Virus record (IMG/VR): IMGVR_UViG_2866783905_000002
Span: 4,625-68,624 of that record
Direction: 5' to 3' (one strand)
From: a virus
Taxonomy: Duplodnaviria; Caudoviricetes
DNA length: 64,000 nucleotides
In this document: positions 63,777 to 64,000 of the stretch, one piece after another
Layout: each line of letters starts with the position of its first letter
Numbering within the stretch: the stretch's first letter is position 1
The notes under the pieces: generated by a model
What the model was told of the DNA's origin: nothing
The model's database searches: none
Seen by the model: only the letters and a program-made list of their open reading frames with translations
Position numbers and translations under genes: made by a program

Positions 63777-64000
63777 CAGATCGCGACCTCTTCCTGCTCG
63801 GCTCCCCACTTGGGCGTGGCCAGCAGTGCGTCTACAAAGGCGCGCGGGACTTGCTTCCTGCTGCGCACTGGCACGTGCGGGAATTCGCCGCTAGCGACAG
63901 CGCGCCGGACGGTCACAGGGGAGACGCCGAGCAGTTCGGCAACCTCGGGTATCGGCAGTGCCTGCCGCCTGTCCTCACACGTAGCGCTCTGATCGCTCAA
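63776..64000 (-). CDS. Excisionase-like HTH (HTH_17) protein, possibly 5' truncated
   Basis: LPIPEVAELLGVSPVTVRRAVASGEFP...RKQVP. Confidence 0.8.
   Translation of the reverse strand: MSDQSATCEDRRQALPIPEVAELLGVSPVTVRRAVASGEFPHVPVRSRKQVPRAFVDALLATPKWGAEQEEVAI

Larger units (their letters stand above)
1..64000. mobile_element. Temperate siphovirus-like prophage or phage-plasmid of an actinomycete (both ends outside window), carrying a TraB-like transfer module
   Basis: Complete terminase-portal-capsid-tail-lysis cluster, phage early/replication genes, no host housekeeping genes in 64 kb. Confidence 0.93.

Overview
The whole 64 kb is a high-GC actinobacterial temperate siphovirus-like element with no host housekeeping genes; a filamentous actinomycete host is inferred from WhiB, an SsgA-like gene and class F sortase. 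Layout: (1) 1-19.8 kb, + strand early/replication region (BRO antirepressor, Sak4-like ATPase, HNH, PAPS-reductase-like enzyme, WhiB fusion, initiator with internal iterons and DnaA boxes, truncated DnaB-like helicase, beta-class DNA methyltransferase, many small ORFs). (2) 20-26 kb, a second BRO gene behind a LexA-like box, then a pre-terminase structural module (small helical protein, 'YTAGG' protein, 903-aa LamG plus 22-aa-repeat protein) and a SAM methyltransferase. (3) 26-50.4 kb, packaging, head, tail and lysis genes, with a GT4 glycosyltransferase and a bPH-SHOCT moron inside the head-tail operon and a paralogous second copy of the pre-terminase module after the tape measure. (4) 50.5-55.6 kb, accessory cassettes (sortase F plus substrate; unknown gene plus XRE-ImmA/IrrE) with junctions marked by a repeated hairpin+GTTGTACG motif. 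(5) 55.6-64 kb, a minus-strand operon resembling the transfer module of actinomycete conjugative elements (FtsK/SpoIIIE TraB-like ATPase, Spd-like membrane proteins, SsgA-like protein, excisionase-like HTH). No integrase, att site or clear CI repressor is visible in the window. The leading candidate for an undescribed system is a phage/conjugative-element hybrid; the duplicated virion-appendage module and the phage-borne sortase F cassette come next. All family calls come from motif recognition by eye; no database searches were run.
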